The position numbers and the translations under genes were made by a program. DNA of 62,295 bases, filler included, from Globobulimina sp. (taxonomy: Eukaryota), in assembly GCA_003354225.1 (NCBI GenBank). It is 10 parts of 10 records of this genome, joined end to end, with 100 filler letters (N's around TTAATTAATTAA, not from the genome) between each part and the next. Parts side by side here need not be neighbours in the genome. Positions count along the whole stretch, not along the records: positions 1 to 6,159 come from PIVH01000351.1; positions 6,260 to 12,411 come from PIVH01000352.1; 8 more parts are not named here. One strand, 5' to 3'. The notes beneath the pieces were generated by a model that was not told where the DNA came from, did not search any database, and saw only the letters and a list, made by a program, of their open reading frames with translations. Below, one piece after another: positions 1-10,452 of this stretch (the first letter of the stretch is position 1; every line of letters starts with the position of its first letter).

Positions 1-803
1 AATATACCAAACGAATATATAGCTGTACGAATATTGCATACTTTTTGGCGAATACTTTCTGGCGATAACCATAAATTTGGTCCTTTGCGAGAATCTGCTC
101 TATTTTTATTAATTTCGCACTCTCCAAAATCGCATACTTTGACAATGAATTTATTGCTCGGCTTCTGTCTGTTATTTGCTTTGAATAATAAGTTACGTGC
201 ACTTAAATCGCGATGAATAATACCCATTGAATGTAAACATTTCATTGCAGCACAAACATCAATTAATATGTCTACAATATCGAATATGTATAACTTATCT
301 CTTATATTGTTATCTGAAAAGGCTTTGGAATACAAAAGTTTATCACCAGATCCTGCCGACATAAATTCAGAAACAAACGATTCGTTACATACACCGTACG
401 GTTTTAAGATATGGTCATATTTATCCGCAACAAATGAATCATTAATATGTTTGATTACATTTATTTCATGCAAGTAATCTTTTTTATGTTTATATTGTTT
501 GATTGCAACAGTTTCATTGTTATACGTCCCTTTATAAACACTGCCAAATTTACCTTGACCAATTGGCTTTGTGCTTGATTTTATAACTGGTTTTAATTGG
601 TTTGGATTGATTTGCTGTATATTGTTGTTGTTGTTGCTGTTATTGATATGTTTCTCGTCATCTTTTTCGTCATTCAAATGTGTTGTGGAATGATTTAATT
701 CGTTTAACACAACATCTACGTCCAGTTCACTATCGAAACGTTGGAAATCGGAGTTTGAAAAGTATGGTTCGTTTGATTCTGCCTTTATTACACCGGTTGA
801 CAT
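1..803 (-). CDS. Tyrosine-kinase/TKL-type protein kinase, 3' end cut off by the window edge; not in the ORF track
   Basis: Manual translation from ATG 803 is open to base 1: IGQGKFGSVYKG, VAIK, IHRDLSARN, VCDFG, GPNLWLSPE, IYSFG. Confidence 0.9.
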   Translation of the reverse strand, partial: MSTGVIKAESNEPYFSNSDFQRFDSELDVDVVLNELNHSTTHLNDEKDDEKHINNSNNNNNIQQINPNQLKPVIKSSTKPIGQGKFGSVYKGTYNNETVAIKQYKHKKDYLHEINVIKHINDSFVADKYDHILKPYGVCNESFVSEFMSAGSGDKLLYSKAFSDNNIRDKLYIFDIVDILIDVCAAMKCLHSMGIIHRDLSARNLLFKANNRQKPSNKFIVKVCDFGECEINKNRADSRKGPNLWLSPESIRQKVCNIRTAIYSFGI

Positions 804-880
804 TATTTTTGATTTAAAGTAAAAAATAAAGAGGAAAACAAGTAAAGTGTACTAAATATATATAAACTTCAACACAAATC

Positions 881-2345
881 ATGGCTATTGTTATCTCATC
901 ATCTGCGATATACAATGCATCCACACAAAAATACTTAATTATCTTAGAAAATGCAGTTTTAATTAAAAATGATCCTGGCAATAAACAGTTAACTATAGAA
1001 TTAGGACGAAACAATGTGATGCCATCTACGCCAACATTCAAGCCACAAACACCATCTTCTTCACATTATACATATGATATTAAATCTACACTCATCATCC
1101 AAAAACCTACCATGGATAATAAAATAATCATAAATGATAAGAAATGTACAGACGAATATGAGACATTTACCTCAATGAAAATACAAATAAACAAAAAACA
1201 TCAGCAATTATCATCTGTGTCCATCTCACAAAGCGGAACATCGCCAATCAATGAAAATAATCCACGGATACTGACATATGATGCATTGCCGCGCAGATTA
1301 TCATTGTATTTAATGAGTATCAAAGATCCCATACACAAAACAAATCTAATTAGACGAATGCTGCGATGTACACATTTAACACAAAACGATATTGCACTGA
1401 CATTACCTTCCAAATATGAGGAAAAATACCAAGTGATTAAAAAAATAAATGCTGGATTACAAGCAAGCATTCATTGCGTAAAATGTATACAAAATAATAA
1501 GAAATACGCAATGAAATCGATTAAATATAAAACCATATATCAATTAAGACAACATTTGCAAAGATATTTAATTGTCCACCAACACAAATTTATGCATTAC
1601 GAAGATATCTTCGTTGATGTAAAGGATAAAATATTGCATATAATTCAACCGTTATTCAAGGAAACCATCACAGAGAGATTGTGTCGGTTAAAAGGTAGGA
1701 AACTCAGTAAAATGGAAATAAAATCTGTGATCCTGCAATTAATGCAAAAGATTGATTGTTTGCATTCCGTTGGCTATGTTCATCATGACCTGAAGCCATC
1801 GAACATTATGTTTGATGAAATTGGCCAATTACACATTATTGATTTTGATTTGATGGAAAGAAATGATACAAAAATAGCCATAAAAGGTATTTTGTTATGT
1901 TTTTATTTGTATATTTTAGTATGTTTATTTTTTTGTGATAGGTACTGTTGGATTTATAGCGCCTGAATTATTTTTATCTGTTTTGGATAAAACTGGGAAA
2001 AGAAAGATAAGTTCAAAAACGTCAATGGATATTTGGAGCATTGGGAGTATTGTTTGTTATGTTGCATTTAAAGGAAATATACCGTTTAATAACATAATGG
2101 ATAATAATGAAAGAATAAATAATTTAAGACAGTATATGGATATTCATTCATTTTTGGAGGAAAGTCATTATCGAGATAATAAATGGTCGTTTATTGTTGA
2201 TGTGAAAATAGATTATTGCGAGGATTATAACCCAAACTTGTTTCAATTAATTAGCGATTTGTTAGCGTTTAAACCAAATGATAGACCAAATGCAGCCACA
2301 GTATTGGCAGCTGATCAATATTCATGGTTTAATCAGCAATTGTAA
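881..2345 (+). CDS. Ser/Thr protein kinase, 2 exons (intron 1887-1941)
   Basis: YAMK, HHDLKPSN and DFD in ORF 881..1966; a 55-nt GT-AG intron restores GTVGFIAPE...MDIWSIG...DRP in ORF 1935..2345. Confidence 0.85.
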
Positions 2346-2453
2346 TGCAAACAAATTTGTTTCAACACGTTTTTTGTTGACAGTGTATTAATTATATTTC
2401 TACATGTTTTATTAAAGTAGTGTTTTTTTTTTAGAAAAATTTTAGTTACTAGT

Positions 2454-4064
2454 ATGAATATAATAGACTCGTCACTGTCCATCATTTATCCCTCAGAAGT
2501 GGTTGAATGCACGAAAAGTTCAATAACATTTGATCTCAGCTTTGATTACAATGACTGTACTTCAACGCCATCCATAGAAGACCATAATAAATTACTTTCT
2601 CAGTCCTTACGCGTCGCAAAACATTGGAGTTGGTTATGTATTCCGTTTGCATTGATTGGATCGATGCGTTGGTATATTTGGATATTGTATGCGCAAGATT
2701 TGGGTGAAGAAAATCACACCACACTAGGTTTTGTCGTGTATGCCTGCTATTTTATACAAGGCATTGGCTCAATGTTTTGGGCCTCCATCGGTGATAAATA
2801 TCAATATGATAAAGTCGCAACAATTTTGGTCATCATAAATGTCTGCGCAGTGGCTATCGAATCCATCGCACCAAATTTCAATGTCTTAATCATCGGCTCA
2901 ATGTTATTAGCGTCCACCAGAGGAGTCGGCGCATTATCACTCGCCTTTGTGGCTAAATATTTGCCAAACGAATATGCCATACAATATACGAGTTATTTAT
3001 ATGCGTTGGCAGCAGCTGCATACCTCACTGGTCCCGTGATCAGTGGTATCATTATCCATTTTTTAGGTTATCGCGCTGTGTACACTACGTGCGCTGTCAT
3101 ATTGACACTGTGTTTACTGTACATATTATGTCTAATATCTGGGTCACAGAAACCATTGGAAACGAAGCAAAAAAGAATGAAAGAATTATACATTGCGCTA
3201 GCAAATGATACGCCGTCTGCGACTTCGAATAAATTACTGTCTGAAAACAGTCAGTTTCCAGTTTGTATTGAACGCTTTGGACTGATGGAAGCTACACATT
3301 CTAAACATGTGCACGAAGTTCCTCGTGTTATATCAGTGCAAAATTCATTGAATTTGACGGAGAGATTAGTGGACAATGATGGCTTTTCTTTGACTGATAT
3401 CGGAATTGAAAAACAAACCAAACAAAGTGTTTCTTATTACGATTGGTTTTTGATGATCAACACATTGATAGCAAATGCATGTCTTTTAGGCATTGAAGGC
3501 GTCACATCGACGTATTATTTGGTGTATTGTGAGGAGGAATTTAATGAAAGCATAATTAATTCGACAGTGCAAATTGCATTGTTCGTGTTGCTGTTTATCA
3601 GCGCCTGCGTTGCTACGCCACTTTTATTGAAATGTTGTTCTCGGCAAAGTATTGAAAATGTACAACATAATAAGAAGTCATATAATTGGGAATATGGTGT
3701 ATTGTTTGTGGGGCATATTTTGAATATTCCGTTGTATTTGGTGGTATGGCAAAGAGCACAGAGTATACAGTATATGCGTTGGATGATAATGTGTGCGGCA
3801 GGAATAGGACTGGGAGTTACCAATATGACTCAAGAAGTAATGTTACTCGAATTTCAGCCAAAACAACATGCGGGAAAGGTTAGTGGGGCTAAGATTATGG
3901 CCAGGCAATTTATGAAAGCATTTGCGTGCCTCGCGGTTGGTGTGTTATGGACAAATCAAGTTTATTGGTTTTTGTGGGTCATGGGATATTTGTATGTAAT
4001 TAGTTTATTATTGACCGTTATTATGTTTTTTGTCCAAAAATACAAATTTTGGTTGTTAAAGTAA
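2454..4064 (+). CDS. Major facilitator superfamily transporter
   Basis: Two blocks of about 6 hydrophobic helices separated by a long hydrophilic loop; motif-A-like SIGDKYQYDK and motif-C-like GPVISG. Confidence 0.8.
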   Translation: MNIIDSSLSIIYPSEVVECTKSSITFDLSFDYNDCTSTPSIEDHNKLLSQSLRVAKHWSWLCIPFALIGSMRWYIWILYAQDLGEENHTTLGFVVYACYFIQGIGSMFWASIGDKYQYDKVATILVIINVCAVAIESIAPNFNVLIIGSMLLASTRGVGALSLAFVAKYLPNEYAIQYTSYLYALAAAAYLTGPVISGIIIHFLGYRAVYTTCAVILTLCLLYILCLISGSQKPLETKQKRMKELYIALANDTPSATSNKLLSENSQFPVCIERFGLMEATHSKHVHEVPRVISVQNSLNLTERLVDNDGFSLTDIGIEKQTKQSVSYYDWFLMINTLIANACLLGIEGVTSTYYLVYCEEEFNESIINSTVQIALFVLLFISACVATPLLLKCCSRQSIENVQHNKKSYNWEYGVLFVGHILNIPLYLVVWQRAQSIQYMRWMIMCAAGIGLGVTNMTQEVMLLEFQPKQHAGKVSGAKIMARQFMKAFACLAVGVLWTNQVYWFLWVMGYLYVISLLLTVIMFFVQKYKFWLLK

Positions 4065-4299
4065 ATATTTATTAATTACTAGTAATTGATCATTTTGTGT
4101 TTGTGTTTGAGTTGCAATAGTGACCCCTCCTAGGTTTACAAATTGACGTTGACATTAAATATTAATGGCAAACAAAGGCAAGGCTACAACAACAAGGAAT
4201 AAGGACACGCAATGTATACGTGTACACAGTCAATTCGTGACAAACAAAACAACAAAAACACACAAAAACAACAAACAAAAACGGAGTTTATATACAAAA

Positions 4300-5695
4300 C
4301 TATACAACAGGAAGCCGAATATTACTATTCATGAAAATATAACTTACTAAAATACAGCCAATCATCCAAACAACAAATAATTTTAATACCATTTTAATTA
4401 AGTCCGATTCAGGAAACCTCGACGATAATAATAATGTGCTAAATACAGCATTCATAGGAGATATAATTTCACCGCCAGTTGCTCCTAATATTTGTGTAGC
4501 AGCAACTTCCCAGATTGTATTTTTGCCATTTTTCATATTAATAATGCCCAATTCTAATGCAGTCGTAACTTGTAATCTACCAAACAAAAAATTCGAAGTT
4601 GTTGTACTCCCCGTTAAGCCCGAACCCATCATACCAATCTGAACAGTATTTATTGTGGAGATTATTTATTATTGTTATATACAGAATGTACAGACATACT
4701 ATTGGCATAAATGCAACATAAACTTGCGGCGCATCTTTTAATGCAGAAACAATTCCATTCGCAATACTTTGTGTCATATTAAATGCAGCCATTACTTTTG
4801 CGATTGATGCATAACAACCAATGCTTAACATTACTGGCAATGCCTCAAATATTGATTTCTTGAATGCTTCAACTAAAACATATTTACGTTTTGAATTTAT
4901 GTCATCCACATATAGTTCTTCAATCACTTTTAATTTTGTTACATCTTTTTGTAAGCCCCGCTTCATTTTAGTTGCTTGTTTCTCATTTTTATAAACATGA
5001 TCTTTTGGATCACTATGCATTAATGTTTGGTCAATATTGTCTTCTTTATTTGTATAAGGCACAATGAATACAGTTAAAACGGATACAAATAATACAGTCA
5101 TTCCAGGATGCGCCAACCAACCAAAATGGCGAACAAATTTATATTTTAAATATTTAATATTCAACACATATGGATTAAACATAGCGGATGCAACTTCATT
5201 AGAGCCACCTTCTAAAAACTCTTGAAAGCCGGGTATTAAACGAATGCAACAGAGCAATGTTACTAAAATAATAAATGGAATGGAAAATAAACGTTTTCGA
5301 AAATTTGGACTGCCATTCATTTTTAAACCATATTGCTTACATTGCACATATGCGTAATATCCAATTAATGCGGAGCCAGCAGATAATAAACAAACTAATT
5401 CTGGTCCAATTAACCATGAAGTTAAAAATTGAACAGTTGCATAAATTGAGCCACATAAGAATAATACGACAAAATCTTTCCTTAAATCTGATAATATTTC
5501 ATAAATCGATGTCTTTCGGTTATACATTGCTGCCATAATAAAGGGTGTAATTACGGAGAAAATAAAAAACATCAAACTAAAATAACCGCCAATTTGTTTG
5601 GCGGCACATTTTTCTTCCCATTCCACTGAATGTTCACCTAAATATTCAGCAATACCCAGTTTTATTTCATATTGAAAACAGATCCAAAATATCAC
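4300..5695 (-). CDS. L-lactate permease (LctP/LldP family), C-terminal part, intron 4639-4699; 5' part missing
   Basis: Spliced product reads FMPI|IGMMGSGLTGSTTTSNFLFGRLQ...AATQILGATGGEIISPMNA, resembling the LctP C-terminal signature; also GPEL and HPG motifs; in-frame stop just upstream of about 5700. Confidence 0.75.
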
Positions 5696-6159
5696 AACGT
5701 TTCAGGACAAATTATTTAATCTAAAACTTCCTTTTAGTTTGCCTTTATTTAAGGTAGTTGTGTACTTAGTGTTGAGTGATTCAAAATATTTTCCGTAAAC
5801 ACTTGTGTTGACTAATTGTATGATTGTCGTATGTGGCACTATGTGCGTATTGATTATAGTATTTGAGTTTGAGAAAATAATAAAATGTCTGCTTTGGTGA
5901 GCTTTATCCAATCATGGAGCAGCGTACAACCGTTACATTGGGTAATCATGTTCTTATTAAACATTTGCAGGATTTGCGACATTCAGAATTCATGTTTATT
6001 GTTGGTGCTGCTTCGTAAAGTGTTTCTCATGGATTGGAGTGCTTTTTAGCCCGAAATTTGATGTACGAATGCTAGAAAATATGTTATTCGTATATATGAT
6101 GAGGATGAGAGCTATCATTATGGATTTAATAGGGCGTGCTTGCCATAAACCACACCAAC

Positions 6160-6259
6160 NNNNNNNNNNNNNNNNNNNNNNNNNNNNNNNNNNNNNNNNN
6201 NNNTTAATTAATTAANNNNNNNNNNNNNNNNNNNNNNNNNNNNNNNNNNNNNNNNNNNN
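6160..6259. other. Artificial contig spacer
   Basis: N44-TTAATTAATTAA-N44, stops in all six frames. Confidence 0.99.
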
Positions 6260-6261
6260 TT

Positions 6262-6522
6262 GAAAGGCCTTATATAACGGTTGGTATGCTAGCGGTTGTT
6301 ATTTTGTTATTACTGACGATGACTTCATTATCATTTCTAAAAAAGAAAATGGGAAAAAAGTGGCAACAATTGCATAACTGGGTTTATTTAGCCTTATGTT
6401 TGGTTAGCCTACATTTTTATTGGTCAGTAAAGTCTGAGGTTATTGAGCCAAGCATTTATATCGCCATAAGTTTATCGTTACTCTATCTTCGAAAACATAA
6501 AATAATTCGCTGGTTTAAATAA
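6262..6522 (+). CDS. msrQ: Bacterial MsrQ (YedZ) heme-binding membrane subunit, C-terminal fragment
   Basis: ERPYITVGM...TS....KKMGKKWQQLHNWVY...LHFYWSVKS is the typical gammaproteobacterial MsrQ C-terminus. Confidence 0.85.
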   Translation, partial: ERPYITVGMLAVVILLLLTMTSLSFLKKKMGKKWQQLHNWVYLALCLVSLHFYWSVKSEVIEPSIYIAISLSLLYLRKHKIIRWFK

Positions 6523-6672
6523 CGCATAAATAGGTTTTGTGTAAATTCAAGCTGCTTCTAAATCCACAAAATTCTGTTCTATTGGTTACTCATCGTAGCA
6601 GAATAACCACTCATCGCAGTCACAATGTTTATTCTTAATTAAACTTGTCGAAATGTTTCAATCGTAATAATG

Positions 6673-6927
6673 TTAATGAGTCAAAATAATTATAAAACTC
6701 ATTTTTGGTGAGTAATAAATCAATATTCTATGAGAATCCATATTTGTGGTCGTTGACAATGAATCAAACATCAATGAAGATATAAAATGGCGCGACTTCC
6801 AAAAATATGTTAATGTAAATACAAAAACCAACATCAAACCAATCAATGCTTTGCATCCATTCCGCCGGCGCCATGATGGTGTCTTATTTGTTTTTTTTGA
6901 AAGTAATTCTGTTGTTTCCATCATCAA
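6673..6927 (-). CDS. Possible first exon of a type II membrane protein
   Basis: Basic N-terminus then one hydrophobic helix (ALIGLMLVFVFTLTYFW); divergent from the gene at 6961; continuation not resolved. Confidence 0.3.
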   Translation of the reverse strand: MMMETTELLSKKTNKTPSWRRRNGCKALIGLMLVFVFTLTYFWKSRHFISSLMFDSLSTTTNMDSHRILIYYSPKMSFIIILTH

Positions 6928-6960
6928 ACTCTTTTTCCTCAGTAAAGTTTTCCGTCAATC

Positions 6961-9954
6961 ATGTCGATAAATAATACAGATCGCCTTGATCACAATGACG
7001 ATAGCATCTCAGAGTCAGAATATGGCCACAGCGGACATGCAAATGATAACGGCATAATGTCATGTTGTAGAAAAATTAGAAATAAAATATCACCATACGC
7101 AGCATATGAACCATCATTCGAAAGCCAACATTCTATATCAATTTCATCTAAAACACTCGAATCAGTCCAAGATGCAATTGAGTGTAAAATTAGTTTATCC
7201 AAAGCCAAATTACATAGATATTTAACAACACCAAATTGGGGACCAAAGAAGAAATTTGCTCCATACAATATATTTAATTTCCCTCTGGATCTTTTTAACG
7301 ATTATGGCATTGGAACAAAATTATATTTTGAATTCGTTGCAAAATTATTATATTTAACTTTATTTATTTCAATATGTTACATTCCAATTTATTGTATGTT
7401 ATATTCTGTTGGTAAATTAAATAAATCATCAAGTTTTGAGCAATTCTCATTGGGCAATTTAGGTGATTTTAATAATTCAAATAATTCGAATGATAATGTT
7501 GTAAATATATCCGCCATCGGAATATCATTAACGTATCGTCAGATAAATAGTTACATTGCGTATACAGATTTTATTTGTATATTGTTATTACTTTTATTTA
7601 TTATTTGGTTTGAATCGACATTAAAAGTCAAAGAGAAAGAATATGACGATATGACAACCACAGTCAGTGACTTCAGCGTCGAAGTCTTAAATGTGCCATT
7701 AAATATATCCTCGAGACGGTCATTAGCTCAGTTCTTTGAAGAAAGATGGGGTCCAATTATGGATGTTTCTATTTGCTATAACGATGGACATATTGTTAAA
7801 ATGTACCAACAACATTCAAAAATAATTAATCAATTCACAAAATCCAAAGTTTTATATTCAAAAGCAATTAAAGCCAGTGCACGAGCTAAGGAAACAAATA
7901 AATTACACAGATTACAAACTAAATTAGATAAATCTGCATTGAATATGTTACAATTCGCACAGGAATTCAATAACGGAGACAAGCACTGCGTTAAAGCATA
8001 TGTTACATTTGAAAACGAACCAGAAAGAAATAATTGTTTGCGGGAATACCATCGTCTGCAATTTAAATATTGTTGCAAAAAGAACCCTCGTTTTGTGTTT
8101 CAAGATCATTCTTTGCAGATTTGTAAACCGCCGGAACCATCAAATATATTATACTTAAATCATGGTTATAGTGGAACAAATTTATTTTTTCGTAGAAAGC
8201 TAACGACGATATTATCTACATTGATAATTATCGCTTCGTTTGGTTTAATATTTACAGCTCAATATTTATCAAACTCATCTAAAATTGACACAGCTCAATG
8301 CGATGAAAGTATTGTGTATGATGCGGCAGATAACAATAATTGTTATTGTTTTGGTATTGGGATTAAAGCAGCAATGACAGATTTGTTATGTTCCGAATAT
8401 TTTAATTCATATTTACAAGCACAAGGCTTTAATATTTTGTCATCATTTATTATAATTTTAGTCAACTTGATATTGACAAATGTTATTTATAATTTGGTGG
8501 AAAAGGAGAAACATTTTACAGTCTCTCATCATCAAAGTGCATTGGCTACAAAAATCTTTTTCTCGCAATTTATGAACACGGCATTAGCGATTTTAATTAT
8601 AAATTGTAACTTAAATTCGTTAAATATTGGCATTGGGAATATATTTGCTGGTGAGTATGATATTAACTTTACGTATAAATGGAGTGAAAATGTTGGAAAT
8701 TCGATAATTATTACAATGTTAATGGGTTGTTTTAATCCTCATTTGCTGCCAATATTAATGATGAAATATAAGCGTAGAAAACGTGAAAATGCATTAGAAA
8801 CTGTTTCGACACAAAATGAATTAAATGAACAATGGAGTGGGGAAACCTTTACGTTGGCGGATAGATTTGGGAATTTGTCCTGCAAAATATGTGTTATTTT
8901 ATTATATACACCGTTATTGCCATTATTATGGTTCATATTATTGATAACATGTTGCGCGACATATTGGTTTAATAAGATATTTTTTTTGCGAGTTGCAAAA
9001 TTGCCACCAAAATATGATACAAAATTAGCGCATTCTGCTGTATATTTTGTGAAAATCGGAATTTCGTTACATTTGATTATGGCAATTTGGGTTTTTGGTT
9101 CAAAATATCGCGATCCACAGTATTTAGATTTAGATTCTAATAAATATCTATCATTTATTTATATTGATCGATATGATGCAATCTTTAAAATTATATTCAA
9201 TTTAAATTCTTTACCGTTTTTTTTATTATTTGTATTGTTACATTTAATAAATATTTTTGGTAAATTTATTAAAAATTATATTTGCTGTTCATCAAAAAAA
9301 TTTGAAGATGAAGCAGAATTATTACCATTCTCGCAAGAATATGTACAAAGTGAGAATATGGAACTTTATTTATTGTGTCATCAACCGACGCTAAAAAATG
9401 CGTTTGGCGCTGGTTTGTTACCAATTGAAAATATATTAAATAAAACACAATTAGAATGTGCAGAAATTGCATACAAGAAACGTTTAGCAAAAGAAATGAT
9501 TGATGAACTGATGAATGTTGATATAGAAACTGAAACGGATGACACATTAAATAAAAACAACAAAGATATGCAATTTTTGAATGTTTCGCCAGAATTCTGG
9601 AACATACGAGAAGTTGGAGTGTGGCTAGAAAGACTAAAATGTGGCAAAAAGTATATGTATCAATTTATGTTTAAAAAAGTTAACGGTCAAAGATTATTAA
9701 ATATTTCTGATACATTTCTTGAAGAAGTGATTGAAATAAAAAATTTAGTGCATAGGAGTAAGATATTAAAAGCTGTGCGAAAATTAAGAATTAAAGCCGG
9801 ATTTGATCCTTCTTTGTTTCAACGAAAATTAACAAAACAAGAAAGAAAAGAATTGGAAACAGTTGAATTGGAAAATTATACCAGACATTTAATACTAACT
9901 GATAAATATACTCGATTTGCTAAAGACTGTCAAAAAGAAATTGAAAATGTTTAA
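6961..9954 (+). CDS. OSCA/TMEM63(CSC1)-like ion channel with C-terminal SAM domain
   Basis: About 10 TM segments; SDFSVEV, KAYVTFE, PPEPSNILYLN and PLLP motifs; C-terminal WNIREVGVWL...VNGQRLL...HRSKILKAV is SAM-like. Confidence 0.75.
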   Translation: MSINNTDRLDHNDDSISESEYGHSGHANDNGIMSCCRKIRNKISPYAAYEPSFESQHSISISSKTLESVQDAIECKISLSKAKLHRYLTTPNWGPKKKFAPYNIFNFPLDLFNDYGIGTKLYFEFVAKLLYLTLFISICYIPIYCMLYSVGKLNKSSSFEQFSLGNLGDFNNSNNSNDNVVNISAIGISLTYRQINSYIAYTDFICILLLLLFIIWFESTLKVKEKEYDDMTTTVSDFSVEVLNVPLNISSRRSLAQFFEERWGPIMDVSICYNDGHIVKMYQQHSKIINQFTKSKVLYSKAIKASARAKETNKLHRLQTKLDKSALNMLQFAQEFNNGDKHCVKAYVTFENEPERNNCLREYHRLQFKYCCKKNPRFVFQDHSLQICKPPEPSNILYLNHGYSGTNLFFRRKLTTILSTLIIIASFGLIFTAQYLSNSSKIDTAQCDESIVYDAADNNNCYCFGIGIKAAMTDLLCSEYFNSYLQAQGFNILSSFIIILVNLILTNVIYNLVEKEKHFTVSHHQSALATKIFFSQFMNTALAILIINCNLNSLNIGIGNIFAGEYDINFTYKWSENVGNSIIITMLMGCFNPHLLPILMMKYKRRKRENALETVSTQNELNEQWSGETFTLADRFGNLSCKICVILLYTPLLPLLWFILLITCCATYWFNKIFFLRVAKLPPKYDTKLAHSAVYFVKIGISLHLIMAIWVFGSKYRDPQYLDLDSNKYLSFIYIDRYDAIFKIIFNLNSLPFFLLFVLLHLINIFGKFIKNYICCSSKKFEDEAELLPFSQEYVQSENMELYLLCHQPTLKNAFGAGLLPIENILNKTQLECAEIAYKKRLAKEMIDELMNVDIETETDDTLNKNNKDMQFLNVSPEFWNIREVGVWLERLKCGKKYMYQFMFKKVNGQRLLNISDTFLEEVIEIKNLVHRSKILKAVRKLRIKAGFDPSLFQRKLTKQERKELETVELENYTRHLILTDKYTRFAKDCQKEIENV

Positions 9955-10046
9955 CAATTGCAATTAAATTTGATGTGTATTATATATGTTTGTTTTGATT
10001 TGGTTTATATTTAAGGAGGGATGATTTAATTAGCGTTTTCTTATTA

Positions 10047-10426
10047 CTACTTTCGAAACAATGCAACTTTGTAAGTGTGGTTTTTTTTGATTCCTCAAAA
10101 CTTTTAATTTCATAAAAACAGTACTTTTTTTAGATTTTTTGGATTTCCGTGAAAAAAATAATTCACATGATTCCATTAAAAACAATAATTCCCATGATTC
10201 CCTTGAAAAAAATAATTCTTTTCAACTTTTTCCGTCTTTTTTTCAAGGGAATCATGGGAAATTTTTTTTTAAGGGAATCATCGGAATTATTGTTTTTAAT
10301 GGAATTATGGGAATTATTTTTTCACGGAAATCCAAAAAATAGAAAAAAAGTACTGTTTTTATGAAATTAAAAGTTTTGAGGATTCAAAAAAAACACACTC
10401 ACAAAGTTGCATCGTTTCGAAAGTAG
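10047..10426. mobile_element. MITE/foldback-like non-autonomous DNA transposon (~380 bp)
   Basis: Imperfect inverted arms of about 165 bp (ctactttcgaaac...gtttcgaaagtag), TA on both flanks (10045-46, 10427-28), internal subrepeats aataattcccatgattccc, no credible ORF. Confidence 0.8.
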
Positions 10427-10452
10427 TAATAAAAAAACTTGGCACAAAAAGC

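Noticed and set aside
5700-6159. Possible 5' exons of the lactate permease
   Set aside because: I found no LctP-like translation or usable splice acceptor on either strand; left unannotated
10160-10320. Short repeats aataattcccatgattccc resembling a CRISPR array
   Set aside because: No unique spacers, the copies are mirrored inside inverted arms, and there are no cas genes; they are part of the MITE
10139-10364. 67- and 71-aa ORFs
   Set aside because: By-products of the palindromic repeat
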